The notes below the pieces were generated by a model. The model saw only the letters and a program-made list of their open reading frames with translations, had not been told where the DNA came from and did not search any database. This document shows positions 20,540 to 30,708 of a DNA stretch of 61,023 nt, one piece after another. Within the stretch, counting starts at the first letter, position 1; the number at the start of each line of letters is the position of its first letter. The stretch is from Vulcanimicrobiaceae bacterium (GTDB taxonomy: Bacteria > Vulcanimicrobiota > Vulcanimicrobiia > Vulcanimicrobiales > Vulcanimicrobiaceae). The DNA lies in the NCBI GenBank assembly GCA_046262595.1, contig JBHEMM010000004.1, positions 21,761 to 82,783 of the forward strand, given 5' to 3'. Position numbers and translations under genes: made by a program.

Positions 20540-21702
20540 TCCAAATTGACGCGGCGGAAGCGGCCCACGTTCATGATCAGCGCGACGCACAGCAAACAAA
20601 CGATCAGCGAGCTGCCTCCGAACGAAATGAACGGCAAGGGCACACCCGTGACGGGCCACGAGGACGTGACCACGCCGATGTTCACGAATGCTTGGATCGT
20701 GATGAGCGCCGCGCAGCCGCTTGCTAAAAAGAATCCGAAGCGATCCGGGGCTGCGATCGCGATGCGGATCGCGCGGTAGGCGAAGAACAGAAACAGAATC
20801 ACGACCGCCATCGTGCCGGCGAGCCCGAACTCTTCGCCAAGAACGGAAAAAATGAAGTCGGTATACTGCTCGGGCAGATAGAAGAACTTCGCGCGCGATT
20901 CGCCGGCGCCCACGCCCGTCAAGCCGCCGCTGCCGAGCGCCAGCAGCGACTGCACGATATGGAAGCCGGTATTTTGCGGATCTTTCCACGGGTTGATGAA
21001 GGCGAAGATGCGCGCGCGTTTGTATGGGCTGGTCAAGACCATGAGGATTGTGGGCGGCAGCGTGACGAGGATCACCGCAATCAAGTGCTCGATGCGCGCG
21101 CCGGCCGCAAACAGCATCGCGAACGCCGTGAAGACGAGCAGGCTCGCGGTGCCCATGTCCGGTTCGGCAAACACCAAGCCCGCCATCAGGCCGGTGACGA
21201 GCAGCACCGGGAACAAGCCGCGTGAAAGCGACTTTATCTGATCCGCGCGCATCGAGAGGACCGCCGAAAGGTACAGCACCAGCCCGAGCTTTGCAAACTC
21301 CGAGGGCTGCAGCGAGATCGCACCGCCGCCGATCCAGCGCTTCGCGCCGTTCACCGATACGCCGATATGCGGTACGAGCACCGCAGCCAAGCTCCCGATG
21401 CACAGCACCAGCGCATACGGGGCGAGCGCGCGCAGTTTGCGGTAGTCGATCTTGTAAGCGAAGTACGCCAGAAACAGTCCCACCGCGAGATACACGGCCT
21501 GATGTTTCACGTAGTAGGCGGTGTCGCGGTGATCGGCATACGCCTGGGCGCTCGAGGCGCTGAAGATCATGATCAAGCCAATCGCCACCAGGGTGGCAAC
21601 CGAACCGAACAGCCAAACGTCGGGCGGCGCCGGAACGAAGGCGCGGATCGTTTCCGCTTTTGACGCCCGCGAAGGCGCTGCCGCGCGCACGGACGTCTTC
21701 AG
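20536..21702 (-). CDS. ftsW: SEDS peptidoglycan polymerase FtsW
   Basis: NGAKRWI, QPSEFAK, EPDMGT, LPEQYTDFIF, LPFISFGGSS; start CTG 21702 or GTG 21690. Confidence 0.96.
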   Translation of the reverse strand: MKTSVRAAAPSRASKAETIRAFVPAPPDVWLFGSVATLVAIGLIMIFSASSAQAYADHRDTAYYVKHQAVYLAVGLFLAYFAYKIDYRKLRALAPYALVLCIGSLAAVLVPHIGVSVNGAKRWIGGGAISLQPSEFAKLGLVLYLSAVLSMRADQIKSLSRGLFPVLLVTGLMAGLVFAEPDMGTASLLVFTAFAMLFAAGARIEHLIAVILVTLPPTILMVLTSPYKRARIFAFINPWKDPQNTGFHIVQSLLALGSGGLTGVGAGESRAKFFYLPEQYTDFIFSVLGEEFGLAGTMAVVILFLFFAYRAIRIAIAAPDRFGFFLASGCAALITIQAFVNIGVVTSSWPVTGVPLPFISFGGSSLIVCLLCVALIMNVGRFRRVNLE

Positions 21703-23105
21703 CGGCCGGCACCTGAAGGCGAATGGTCCGTAAGCCCATGCACCGCGGCGATAAATTGCGTACCGCGATCTTCGGCGGACGCAAACATGTCGAACGAGGC
21801 GCAGGCCGGCGAGAGCAGCACGACGGCGCCGGGCGCGGCGTGACGCGCGGCGCGCTGCACCGCATCTTCCATCGACACGGCAGGCTCGATCGGCGTGCGG
21901 TAGACGTGCGCTGCGAGCTCCTCCGCCGTTTCGCCGATCGTGACGAGCGTTTTCACGCGCGCGTCGATCGCGCGTCCGAGTTCGGTGAAGTCGGTGTTTT
22001 TCGATTTGCCGCCCGCAATGAGCACGATCGGGCGATCGTATGACTGCAGCGCGGCGATGACCGACCCGGGATTGGTGGCTTTGCTGTCGTCCACGAAAAG
22101 CACACCGCCGATGGTGGCGACCGGCTGCAAGCGGTGCGCCATCGCCGAAAAACTCCGCACACCCTGGCGCAGTTGCACCGGATCGCAGTCCGCCGCCAGA
22201 GCCGCAAGGAGCGCCGCCATCACATTGCAGACGTTGTGCGGGCCGGCAAGCGGAATCTCCGCGACGGGCATAATCTCCACCGGGCGCGGATCGCCGCGGA
22301 ACGGCGCATACGTAATGACGCCGCGCTGCACGTACATCGAGGCGTCCCGGTGTGCTTGCGCCAGCGTGAACCACAGCTGCCGCGCGTGCACGCGCACCTC
22401 CGCCGACGTTTTGAGCCAGTGCAGCTCCGCTACGCGCGGGTCGTCCAGGTTGCCGATGAAAAAATCCCGCTCGCTTTGGTTCGCGAAGATGCGGTACTTC
22501 GCTTCGGCGTACTCGTCGATCGAGAAATACCGGTCGAGATGATCGGGCGAGATGTTCAGAATCACCGAGATGCGCGGATGGAACGAGCGGATGGCTTCGA
22601 GTTGAAACGAAGAGACTTCCGCGACGACCCATTGATCGGGCGCCGTTCCGCCCACTTCCGCAATCAGCGGATTACCGATATTTCCGCCCACGCGCACTTC
22701 TTTGCCGGCGGTGCGCAGCAGATGCCCGACAAGCGAGGTGGTCGTGGACTTGCCCTTGGTGCCCGTAACGGCAACCACGGGCGCCTTGCACAAGCGGTAC
22801 GCCACTTCGATCTCGCTGTACACCGGAACGTTCGCGTTTTGCACGGCGCGCACGAGGGGCCCGTTGAGCGGCACGCCCGGCGAGAGCACGGCCAACGTCA
22901 GTTCGCGTTCGACGGAAGGCAGCGCCGCAGGTTCGATAAAAACGGCGCCGAGCGACTCGACGTACGCAATGGCTTGCTGCAGCTGTTCGCGCGGCTTCTC
23001 GTCGACCGCAACTACGCGCGCGCCACGGGCGCGCAGCACCTGGGCGCTGGCCTGGCCGCTGCGGCCCAAACCGATGATCAGGATCGTATCGCCGCTATCG
23101 AACAA
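21699..23105 (-). CDS. murD: UDP-MurNAc-L-Ala--D-glutamate ligase
   Basis: GLGRSG, GTKGKSTTT, EVSSFQL, DHLDRY, DSKATN, LSPACASFD. Confidence 0.98.
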   Translation of the reverse strand: MFDSGDTILIIGLGRSGQASAQVLRARGARVVAVDEKPREQLQQAIAYVESLGAVFIEPAALPSVERELTLAVLSPGVPLNGPLVRAVQNANVPVYSEIEVAYRLCKAPVVAVTGTKGKSTTTSLVGHLLRTAGKEVRVGGNIGNPLIAEVGGTAPDQWVVAEVSSFQLEAIRSFHPRISVILNISPDHLDRYFSIDEYAEAKYRIFANQSERDFFIGNLDDPRVAELHWLKTSAEVRVHARQLWFTLAQAHRDASMYVQRGVITYAPFRGDPRPVEIMPVAEIPLAGPHNVCNVMAALLAALAADCDPVQLRQGVRSFSAMAHRLQPVATIGGVLFVDDSKATNPGSVIAALQSYDRPIVLIAGGKSKNTDFTELGRAIDARVKTLVTIGETAEELAAHVYRTPIEPAVSMEDAVQRAARHAAPGAVVLLSPACASFDMFASAEDRGTQFIAAVHGLTDHSPSGAGR

Positions 23106-24052
23106 GGGCTAGACCCAAGAGCGACACCGCCGCCGAAGCGAGCCAAAAGCGCGCCGTCACGATCGTCTCCGGCCACCCGGAGATTTCGAAATGATGATGC
23201 AGCGGACTCATCTTGAAGATCCGTTTTCCTCCGGTGCGTTTGAAATACGTCACTTGAATGATAACCGAAAGCGCTTCCGCAACAAAGACGCCGCCGATCA
23301 AAATCAGCAGCAGCATCTCGCCGCTCAAGATCGCAACACCCGCGAGCAGCGCGCCCAGCGCGAGTGAACCGGTATCGCCCATGAACACCTTTGCGGGATG
23401 CCGGTTAAACACCAAAAATCCAAAACATGCGCCCATTCCCAGCAGCGCTGCGAACGCCGGCGCGGCGCTTTGCGTGTGGACGAACGCCGGGAGCGCGAGA
23501 ACAAGCAGCGGGGGCACCATCGTGCCGGCAGCCAAACCGTCTAAGCCGTCGGTGAGGTTCACCGCATGCATCGTACCGCTCACGGCGAGAATTCCCAAAG
23601 CCAGCCAAAGCCAGTGCGGCACGGTCAGCACGTACGCGCCGGTGCGAAACAGCACGTCGGCGTTGATATTGCCCTCGACGCCGAAGCGCAAGAACATCAC
23701 GGCAGCAAGCGCAGTGAGGAGATATTTGGTGCGCGCGCATCCCGGCGTTCTTGCCGGAGCGGATTGCCTGGTAGTCGTCGGCGAAGCCGACGAGCGCACA
23801 AGCGGCGACAAGCAGCAGGAGCGCCATCGCTGCGCGATCGGCGTGCAGTGCGAGCAGCGGCACCAGCGCCGCCACGAATGCGATGCCGCCCATCGTCGGC
23901 GTGCCGGATTTTTTCTGATGCGTCTGCGGCGCATCTTCATACGCATGCTGGCGCAGTTGGAAGCGCCGCAGCAGCGGAATCAGGGCGGCACAGCAGAGCA
24001 CGCACACAAGGAAGCCGGCGGCGGCGATTTCCAGGAACAGTGCAACGGTCAA
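23095..24052 (-). CDS. mraY: Phospho-MurNAc-pentapeptide transferase, split by a frameshift near 23731-23738
   Basis: N-half KSGTPTMGG and GFADD in ORF 23405-24052; C-half NLTDGLDGL, FMGDTGS and PLHHHFE in ORF 23095-23946. Confidence 0.95.
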
Positions 24053-24753
24053 GCGGGCCGCTCCGCGAAGAGCGGGTTGGGGCCTTCACCGCGCCATTTC
24101 AATACCACGATGGGCGTCTGTTCGTCGCCGTTGCCGTGGGGATTGGCGAGCAGCGCATACTCCACGCTGCGCCGGTTTACGCCCCGAGATGCGCCGAGCA
24201 CTTTTGCCTTTTGTAGATCGTTCGCGTCGACGACCGTGCACGCGATGCCGGTGCGCTCGCACACGGATTGCGCGAACGCGTCGGGACGCTGCGGCGCGAA
24301 GACGATATTGCGTTCGAAGGGCGGCAACGTCCCCGTGTAGCCGTCGATCGCCGTGATCGCTTCCCCGAGGATCTCATAGAACATGCCGCGGCGCCCGAAC
24401 GCGCGGCCGATCACCTGCATCACCGCCGCGAAAAGAACTTTGCCGGGACCGGTTTGGTCGATGACGATCTGCAGCGACTCGGGCTGGCTCACGGTCGCCA
24501 GCGCGCCCGCATGCCGGGAAAGCACGTACGCCAGTTTACCCGGGCGCACGAGCTCGGCCGGCACCGACTGGCCTTGCGCGATCGCGACCGCGGTTTCCGA
24601 AACGGCGAGCACGTCACCCGGGCGCGCGATGCCGCGCACGCAGCGCGCGATCAGCGCCGTCAGATCGTCGCGGGGGGCGACCAGCGGCGTGCGCACGGGA
24701 AGCGCGGCGATGCCCTCGGGGAGTTCGGGGCGCACGACACGCAGCTGTTTCAC
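24049..24753 (-). CDS. CofE / F420-0:gamma-glutamyl ligase-like protein
   Basis: PVRTPLV...GDVLAVSETAVAIAQG and GNGDEQTPIVV resemble CofE-family motifs; 4-nt overlaps with both neighbours. Confidence 0.8.
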   Translation of the reverse strand: MKQLRVVRPELPEGIAALPVRTPLVAPRDDLTALIARCVRGIARPGDVLAVSETAVAIAQGQSVPAELVRPGKLAYVLSRHAGALATVSQPESLQIVIDQTGPGKVLFAAVMQVIGRAFGRRGMFYEILGEAITAIDGYTGTLPPFERNIVFAPQRPDAFAQSVCERTGIACTVVDANDLQKAKVLGASRGVNRRSVEYALLANPHGNGDEQTPIVVLKWRGEGPNPLFAERPA

Positions 24754-26123
24754 GCGCTCGCCGCCGGAAGAAGGCGTTGCACGATCTGCTCCATCGCGTA
24801 CTTGCGGGAACCTTTGAGCAGCACCGCATCACCCGGGCCGGCGTGCAGGCGGATCCAATGCGCGGCCTCCTCGTTGGTCTCGTACCGCACCAGGCGCGTA
24901 CGCGGAAATCCCGCCGCAAGCGCGCCTCCGATGAGCGCGCCCGCAAACTCGCCGCCCGCCAGAACCGTGTCCATATGGACCGCCGCCGCCTTCGCTCCCA
25001 CGCGCTCGTGCATCTCGTGGGCTTGGGGCCCGAGTTCGGCCATGCCGGCAAGCACGGCGATGCGGCGGCGCGCCGGTTCGGCGGCGAACGCATCGAGCGC
25101 GGCGAGCATGCCGCTTAAGTTCGCGTTGTACGCGTCGTAGATCAAACGGGGCCCGCTGCTGAGCGCGATGCTTTCGAAGCGTCCGAGCGGTAACGTCAGT
25201 CCGCGAATCGCGCCCACAATCTGCTGCTCTGAAACGCCGAGCAGCAGCGCGCCGGCAATCGCTGCCGCCAGGTTCATGCGGTTGTGTTCGCCCGGCAGCC
25301 GGATATCGACCGCGTACGCCGAGGGTTCGCGCTCCGCGGTGAGCACCAACGTTTTTGAATCGGGAATCCATACTCCGGGCGCCCCCGCGGGTACCGTTCC
25401 GAACCACAACGGCGGCGTGGGCAAGCCGCCCGCGCGCGCCAGCGATTCGGCGTCGTTCGCACCGAGCACCGCTTGCGCACCGGAGGCGAACAGTCCCCAC
25501 TTGGTTTCGGCCAGACGTTCGCGCGAACCGAAGATCTCCAGATGCGCCTCGCCGATATTGGTCAGCACGCCGACATGCGGACGCGCGATCGCAACAAGCT
25601 CGGCAATATCGTGTACGTGCCGCGCGCCGAGCTCCACGACGACAAAACGGTGCAACGGCTGCGCGCGCAGCAGCAGTTTGCTCACGCCGATCTCGTTGTT
25701 TTCATTTCCGGGCGTCGCCAGAACGGCGTCCTCACCGAATGCGGCGGCGAGCAACTGCGCGAGCAGATGTTTGGTGGTGGTCTTGCCCGCACTGCCCGTA
25801 ATGGCAACCACGCGCCCTTCAAACAGTTCGCGGTTCGCCGCGGCAAGATCCATGTAAGCGCGCTTGGTGTCTGCGACAACCAGGGCGGGAGTATCGTCGG
25901 GGATGACGCCCGCGTCGTCGACCACGAGCGCAGCCGCGCCGCGCTGAATGGCTTGCGGGACGTACGCATGTCCGTCGAAATGCTCGCCGCGCAGCGCTAA
26001 AAACGTCTCTCCCGCAACCAGCCCGCGCGAGTCGGTGGCGATTCGCAAGGCGGCCGGAAAACGCGATTGGCGATACACCGCTCCGCCGGTCGCGGCACGC
26101 GCCCGCTCGATCGAAAGCATCAT
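24750..26123 (-). CDS. murF: UDP-MurNAc-tripeptide--D-Ala-D-Ala ligase
   Basis: TDSR, GEHFDGH, GSAGKTTTK, NNEIG, DAYNAN, LLKGSR. Confidence 0.97.
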   Translation of the reverse strand: MMLSIERARAATGGAVYRQSRFPAALRIATDSRGLVAGETFLALRGEHFDGHAYVPQAIQRGAAALVVDDAGVIPDDTPALVVADTKRAYMDLAAANRELFEGRVVAITGSAGKTTTKHLLAQLLAAAFGEDAVLATPGNENNEIGVSKLLLRAQPLHRFVVVELGARHVHDIAELVAIARPHVGVLTNIGEAHLEIFGSRERLAETKWGLFASGAQAVLGANDAESLARAGGLPTPPLWFGTVPAGAPGVWIPDSKTLVLTAEREPSAYAVDIRLPGEHNRMNLAAAIAGALLLGVSEQQIVGAIRGLTLPLGRFESIALSSGPRLIYDAYNANLSGMLAALDAFAAEPARRRIAVLAGMAELGPQAHEMHERVGAKAAAVHMDTVLAGGEFAGALIGGALAAGFPRTRLVRYETNEEAAHWIRLHAGPGDAVLLKGSRKYAMEQIVQRLLPAASA

Positions 26124-27586
26124 GCGCCTGCGGCCGTGCGCGAGGCAATCGCTTCGCGCACGACTTGGGCGTCGTCGAACGGCAGCACGTCTGCGCCGGC
26201 GATCTGATAGTTCTCGTGCCCTTTGCCCGCAACGACCACGATGTCGCCGGGCTGCGCGGCGGCGATTGCGGAAAAGATCGCGCGGCGCCGGTCGAGCTCG
26301 ACGGCGTAGCGCGCGCCGGTCATGCCTTGCGTGATCTCTAGCGCGATTGCTTCGGGCGCTTCCGTACGCGGATTGTCCGAGGTGACGTACGCGTAATCCG
26401 CAAGGCGGGAGGCCGCCGCGCCCATGAGCGGGCGCTTCCCGCGATCGCGATCGCCGCCGCAGCCGAAGACGAGCAGCACGCGCTGCGCCGTTAACTCGCG
26501 CGCCGCCCGCAGCACGTTTTCGAGCGCATCAGGCGTGTGCGCGTAGTCAACGATCGCATCCACGCCCTCGCCGCGCACGTGTTCCATCCGGCCCCTCACC
26601 CGCTGCAGTGACGCCAAACCGCGCGCGGAAGCGCTGTCCGCGACGCCGAACGCGCGCGCGACGGCAAGCGCGCACAAGGCGTTCGAAACATTGAAACGCC
26701 CGGGCAGGCGCACTTCGAAAGCGGTGCCGTTCAGCGTGAAGGTGCTTCCGCCGGTGCGAACTTCAACGCTTTTGGGACGGATGTCCGCACCGGCGTGCAT
26801 CGCATACGTGGTAACGGCCTTGCGTGCACGCAGCTCGCGCGCCCATCGCTCGCCCGTTTCATCGTCCATATTCAGCACGCAGGCGCGCGCAGCGTCGAGC
26901 AGTTTGCGTTTCGCCGCCGCATAGGCTTCGAAGGTGCCGTGAAAGTCCAAATGATCGCGGGTCAGGTTCGTGAGCGCGCCCACCTCGAACCGCACCTCGC
27001 CCACGCGTTCGAGCGCAAGCGCATGCGAGCTCACTTCCATGGCCACTGCGTGCGCTCCGAGCGAACGCATCTGCGCGAGCAAACCGTGCAACTGCGGCGC
27101 GAGCGGCGTCGTATTTGCCAGAGGCCACTCGCGCGCGCCCAGGCGCGCCCCGATCGTCCCAATCGTTCCGCACACGACGCCGCCCTCGCGCAGCATCGCC
27201 GCGATCATCTGCGTCGTGGTGGTTTTTCCGTTTGTCCCCGTGACGCCCGCGACATGCATCGCCGCGGAGGGGCTTCCATAAAAGACGTCCGCGATCTGCG
27301 AGGCTGCCCGTGCGCTGTCGGGAACGACGATCGTGGTTACGCCGTGCGTTTCGATCGCTTCTTCGGCGACGACCGCGACCGCACCGCGCGTGACGGCGGA
27401 CGCGATAAAACGGTGACCGTCGCTGCGCTCGCCGCGCATTGCAATAAACAGCGCACCGGGCATCACTTCGCGCGAATCGATCGCGATCGAGCTGATGCTC
27501 ACGTCACGCGCTCCGATCACGCGCGTGTTTTGCGCGAGATGCTCGATCAGCGTTTCTAGCCGGATATGCTGCCCGGGCGGTTCCAT
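26120..27586 (-). CDS. murE: UDP-MurNAc-dipeptide--diaminopimelate ligase
   Basis: GTNGKTTT, MEVSSHAL, DYAHTPD, DNPR (mDAP-type motif), GKGHE. Confidence 0.98.
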   Translation of the reverse strand: MEPPGQHIRLETLIEHLAQNTRVIGARDVSISSIAIDSREVMPGALFIAMRGERSDGHRFIASAVTRGAVAVVAEEAIETHGVTTIVVPDSARAASQIADVFYGSPSAAMHVAGVTGTNGKTTTTQMIAAMLREGGVVCGTIGTIGARLGAREWPLANTTPLAPQLHGLLAQMRSLGAHAVAMEVSSHALALERVGEVRFEVGALTNLTRDHLDFHGTFEAYAAAKRKLLDAARACVLNMDDETGERWARELRARKAVTTYAMHAGADIRPKSVEVRTGGSTFTLNGTAFEVRLPGRFNVSNALCALAVARAFGVADSASARGLASLQRVRGRMEHVRGEGVDAIVDYAHTPDALENVLRAARELTAQRVLLVFGCGGDRDRGKRPLMGAAASRLADYAYVTSDNPRTEAPEAIALEITQGMTGARYAVELDRRRAIFSAIAAAQPGDIVVVAGKGHENYQIAGADVLPFDDAQVVREAIASRTAAGA

Positions 27587-27587
27587 C

Positions 27588-29375
27588 CTAAAGCGGCTTC
27601 GCCGCGGCGCCCAGGCGGACCAAGCGTTTCCGCGCCGGTGCCGGCGAGGACAGCGGCGGCGGCGTCACGGCCGGCAGCACGCCCGAGCGCAGCATCGCCG
27701 CTTTCGCAATGGCGTCGAATGCCGGTGCCGCGACGACCGAGCCGTAGATTGCGTCCTGCGGCTGTTCGACTTTCACAAAGATCACGTACCGCGGATGCTC
27801 GTACGGAATCATGCCGATGAAGGAGGCGATGTACCCGTCGTAGCGTCCGTTGATGACCGCCTGCGCCGTGCCGGTTTTGCCGGCCGTGGTGTAGCCGGCG
27901 ATCTTTGCCGACGGATTGCCCGTGCCGTGCACGACGACCGCGCGCAGATACCCGCGCAGCATTTGCGCCGTCCGTTCGCTGAAGGCACGGCGTTCGATTT
28001 GTTCGGGATAAGAGTAGATCGCGTTGCCTTGCGCATCGAGAATGGATTTGACGATCCGCGGGCGCACCAGCAACCCGCCGTTCGCGATCGCGCAGTAAAA
28101 ACGGGCCATCGCGATCGGCGTCACCGAGACGCCTTGTCCGAACGACATGGTCGCGAGCGAGCTGCCGCTCCACGTGCCGGGCGCCGGCACCATGCCGGGC
28201 GATTCACTCGAGAGCCCGATCTGCGTGCGGCGTGAAAATCCCAGGCGCTCCTCCATGTCGTAGAACGGGCGCGATCCGATCGCCATAGCGACGCGTGCCG
28301 CGCCGACGTTGAGCGAATCGGCGATGATCGTTTCCAGCGTATCGCCTGACGGGCTGGGCGTGAGCCCGTCGAGCGCGTTGAAAATCCGTCTTCCGCCGAC
28401 CTCAAGCGGCCCGTTCGCATTGAAGCGGTCGGTGCTGCTCACGCGTCCGCTTTCGAGCGCGGCGGCAGCGGTGACGAGCTTATAGGTCGATCCCGGTTCG
28501 TACAGATCCGAAACGGCGCGGTTGCGGTAACTGTCGGCCGGATATTTCCAGTATTGATTCGGATCGTAGTGCGGATAGTTCGCCATGGCCAACACTTCGC
28601 CGGTGTACGGATCCATGACGATCGCGGTGCCGTTTTTTGCGTGATACCCGAGCACTTGCTTACGCAGCGCCGCTTCGGCCGTGTATTGCAGATACGAATC
28701 GATCGTGAGTTGCAGCGAGAGGCCCGGCTTTGCGGGCTTGAGCACGTGCGTGCTGCCGAACGGCAGCGGCCGTCCGAATTCATCCGCCTCCAGCGTCATG
28801 CGTCCGGACGAGCCTTTGAGCAGATCGTCGAAGGTGTACTCCATGCCGCTCAGGCCGTTTTCATCGATGCCGACGAAGCCGAGCAGCGTGGATGCGCTTT
28901 GGCCGGCGATGTCGATGCGCCGCCCCGTGTCTTCTTCGATGACGGCAACGCCGGTCAGATTAAGCGCCTGCACTTTGTCGGCCACGTCGTGCGTGATCTT
29001 GCGCGCGATCCAAACGAACTGCATGTGCCGGTCGTGCATGAGCGAATGCGCAGCGGGGCTGACGCGCCCCAAAACGTTGGACAACGCGGCGATCGTTTGA
29101 TCGGCGTCCCCGAAATCGTGCGGAACCGCGTACACGCTTTCGGAGGGCAGGCTGTGCACCAGCGTATTGCCGTCGCGATCCAGAATGCTGCCGCGGCGCG
29201 CGTACACTTCCACCGTATCGCTGCGCTGATCCAGCGCTTCCTTTGCGTAGACGGGGCCTTTGATTACCTGCACGTCGAAGAGCCGCCAGCAGAGATAACT
29301 GCCGACGAGCAGCAGCGCATAAAACAGCACTTTCGCCCGCCGGGGCCCGACGCGCGCGAAGGTCCGTTTGTGCAT
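27588..29375 (-). CDS. ftsI: Class B penicillin-binding protein (FtsI/PBP2B)
   Basis: N-terminal TM, RGSILDRDG, EPGSTYK (SxxK), SLN, KTGTAQ. Confidence 0.95.
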   Translation of the reverse strand: MHKRTFARVGPRRAKVLFYALLLVGSYLCWRLFDVQVIKGPVYAKEALDQRSDTVEVYARRGSILDRDGNTLVHSLPSESVYAVPHDFGDADQTIAALSNVLGRVSPAAHSLMHDRHMQFVWIARKITHDVADKVQALNLTGVAVIEEDTGRRIDIAGQSASTLLGFVGIDENGLSGMEYTFDDLLKGSSGRMTLEADEFGRPLPFGSTHVLKPAKPGLSLQLTIDSYLQYTAEAALRKQVLGYHAKNGTAIVMDPYTGEVLAMANYPHYDPNQYWKYPADSYRNRAVSDLYEPGSTYKLVTAAAALESGRVSSTDRFNANGPLEVGGRRIFNALDGLTPSPSGDTLETIIADSLNVGAARVAMAIGSRPFYDMEERLGFSRRTQIGLSSESPGMVPAPGTWSGSSLATMSFGQGVSVTPIAMARFYCAIANGGLLVRPRIVKSILDAQGNAIYSYPEQIERRAFSERTAQMLRGYLRAVVVHGTGNPSAKIAGYTTAGKTGTAQAVINGRYDGYIASFIGMIPYEHPRYVIFVKVEQPQDAIYGSVVAAPAFDAIAKAAMLRSGVLPAVTPPPLSSPAPARKRLVRLGAAAKPL

Positions 29376-29392
29376 CAGAAGTTTGCGCTAAC

Positions 29393-29818
29393 CTACTTCG
29401 CGCCGAAAAGCGTGGCCAGGCCCGCCAGAAACGCCAGGTGCGTTCCGGTCTGCGCACGGACGGGGCCCGGCATCGTTATCAAGGCGAACTGCTGCGGATC
29501 CTGCATCTGCAAACGCGCCGCCAGCATGCTCAAGCGATCGTCGCCGCGCAGTACGGCAAGCTGTTCGTCCAAGCGCGCCGTCTGCGCTTGCAGCGCCGTG
29601 CGCTGATGCTGCGCCTTCACGTACCCGTAGTTCAAACTCGTCAGTCGCGCGTTCAAAGCCAGATACGTCATGAAGAGCGCGAGTGCAACGACCAGACACG
29701 CGCTGAACTGCACCAAACTCTGATAGCGGGCGCGTTCCTTGCGTGAAATGCCCCGCTGCGTGGCGCGCTTGGCGGTGCGGACCCGCTGCGGGGGCGCGAG
29801 TCGCGGCTGTGCGAGCAT
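29393..29818 (-). CDS. ftsL: FtsL-like cell division protein
   Basis: Basic N-terminus, one TM and a coiled coil; sits between rsmH and ftsI. Confidence 0.75.
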   Translation of the reverse strand: MLAQPRLAPPQRVRTAKRATQRGISRKERARYQSLVQFSACLVVALALFMTYLALNARLTSLNYGYVKAQHQRTALQAQTARLDEQLAVLRGDDRLSMLAARLQMQDPQQFALITMPGPVRAQTGTHLAFLAGLATLFGAK

Positions 29819-30693
29819 TAGCTGGCCTTCCGTTGGGCGGCGCGCAGTTTTGCGCTGCGCGCGCGAGGGTTGCGGTCGATCTCCGCTTGAGCGGGAACGA
29901 TCGGTTTACGGGTGATTACGTCCAGGCGCGCGTCCTCGCGCAGCCCGTGCTTGACGATCCGGTCTTCAAGCGAATGAAAGCTGATCGCAACGATGCGGCC
30001 GGCAGTACGCAAGCGTGCCGCTGCGCCGTCCAAGCTTTCGCGCAGCGCATCGAGCTCGTCGTTCACCGCAATGCGCAGCGCTTGGAACACGCGCGTGGCG
30101 GGATGAATCCGTTCGCGGTGCCCCGGACGGTGCAGCATGCCGCTGATCAATTGCGCGAACTCCACCGTTCGCGAGGGCAGCTTTCCGGCCGCGCGCCGCT
30201 GGACGATCAGCCGCGCGATCCGGCGCGCCGAGCGCTCTTGGCCGTAATGGAAGAAGATGTCGGCAAGCTCCGATTCGCTGCTGGTCATTAAGACGTCGTA
30301 GGCGCTCTTGCCCGTGTTCGGATTCATGCGCATATCGAGCGGGGCGGATTCGCGGAACGAAAAGCCGCGCGAAGCGTCATCAAGTTGCATGGACGAGACC
30401 CCCAAATCGTAGAGCACGCCGTCCACCGACTCGATCTCCAGCCGGTCTAAGGCGTTCGAGAGTTCGCGGAAGTTCGAAGGTTCGAAAGTGAAAGCGCGAT
30501 GAACGACTTGTGCGGCACGGTCGGGCGCCTGCGGATCGGCATCGAGCGCGATCAAGCGGCCCGAGTGCAAGCGCTCCAAAATCGCGCGCGAGTGGCCGCC
30601 CGCCCCAAACGTCGCATCGACATAGATCCCATCCGGCCGGATAGCCAGCAACTCCAGCGCCTGCGGCAAGAGGACCGGAACGTGTTCGCTCAT
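29818..30693 (-). CDS. rsmH: 16S rRNA m4C1402 methyltransferase
   Basis: HVPVLL, DATFGAGGHS, DLGVSSMQLD, SFHSLEDR, NPRARSAKLR. Confidence 0.98.
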   Translation of the reverse strand: MSEHVPVLLPQALELLAIRPDGIYVDATFGAGGHSRAILERLHSGRLIALDADPQAPDRAAQVVHRAFTFEPSNFRELSNALDRLEIESVDGVLYDLGVSSMQLDDASRGFSFRESAPLDMRMNPNTGKSAYDVLMTSSESELADIFFHYGQERSARRIARLIVQRRAAGKLPSRTVEFAQLISGMLHRPGHRERIHPATRVFQALRIAVNDELDALRESLDGAAARLRTAGRIVAISFHSLEDRIVKHGLREDARLDVITRKPIVPAQAEIDRNPRARSAKLRAAQRKAS

Positions 30694-30708
30694 CGTTCCG
30701 CTCGCTCA

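Noticed and set aside
19424..22632. 813-aa and 698-aa ORFs suggesting murG or ftsW fusions
   Set aside because: The N-terminal extensions are off-frame read-through of the upstream genes; real starts sit at the stop/start overlaps.
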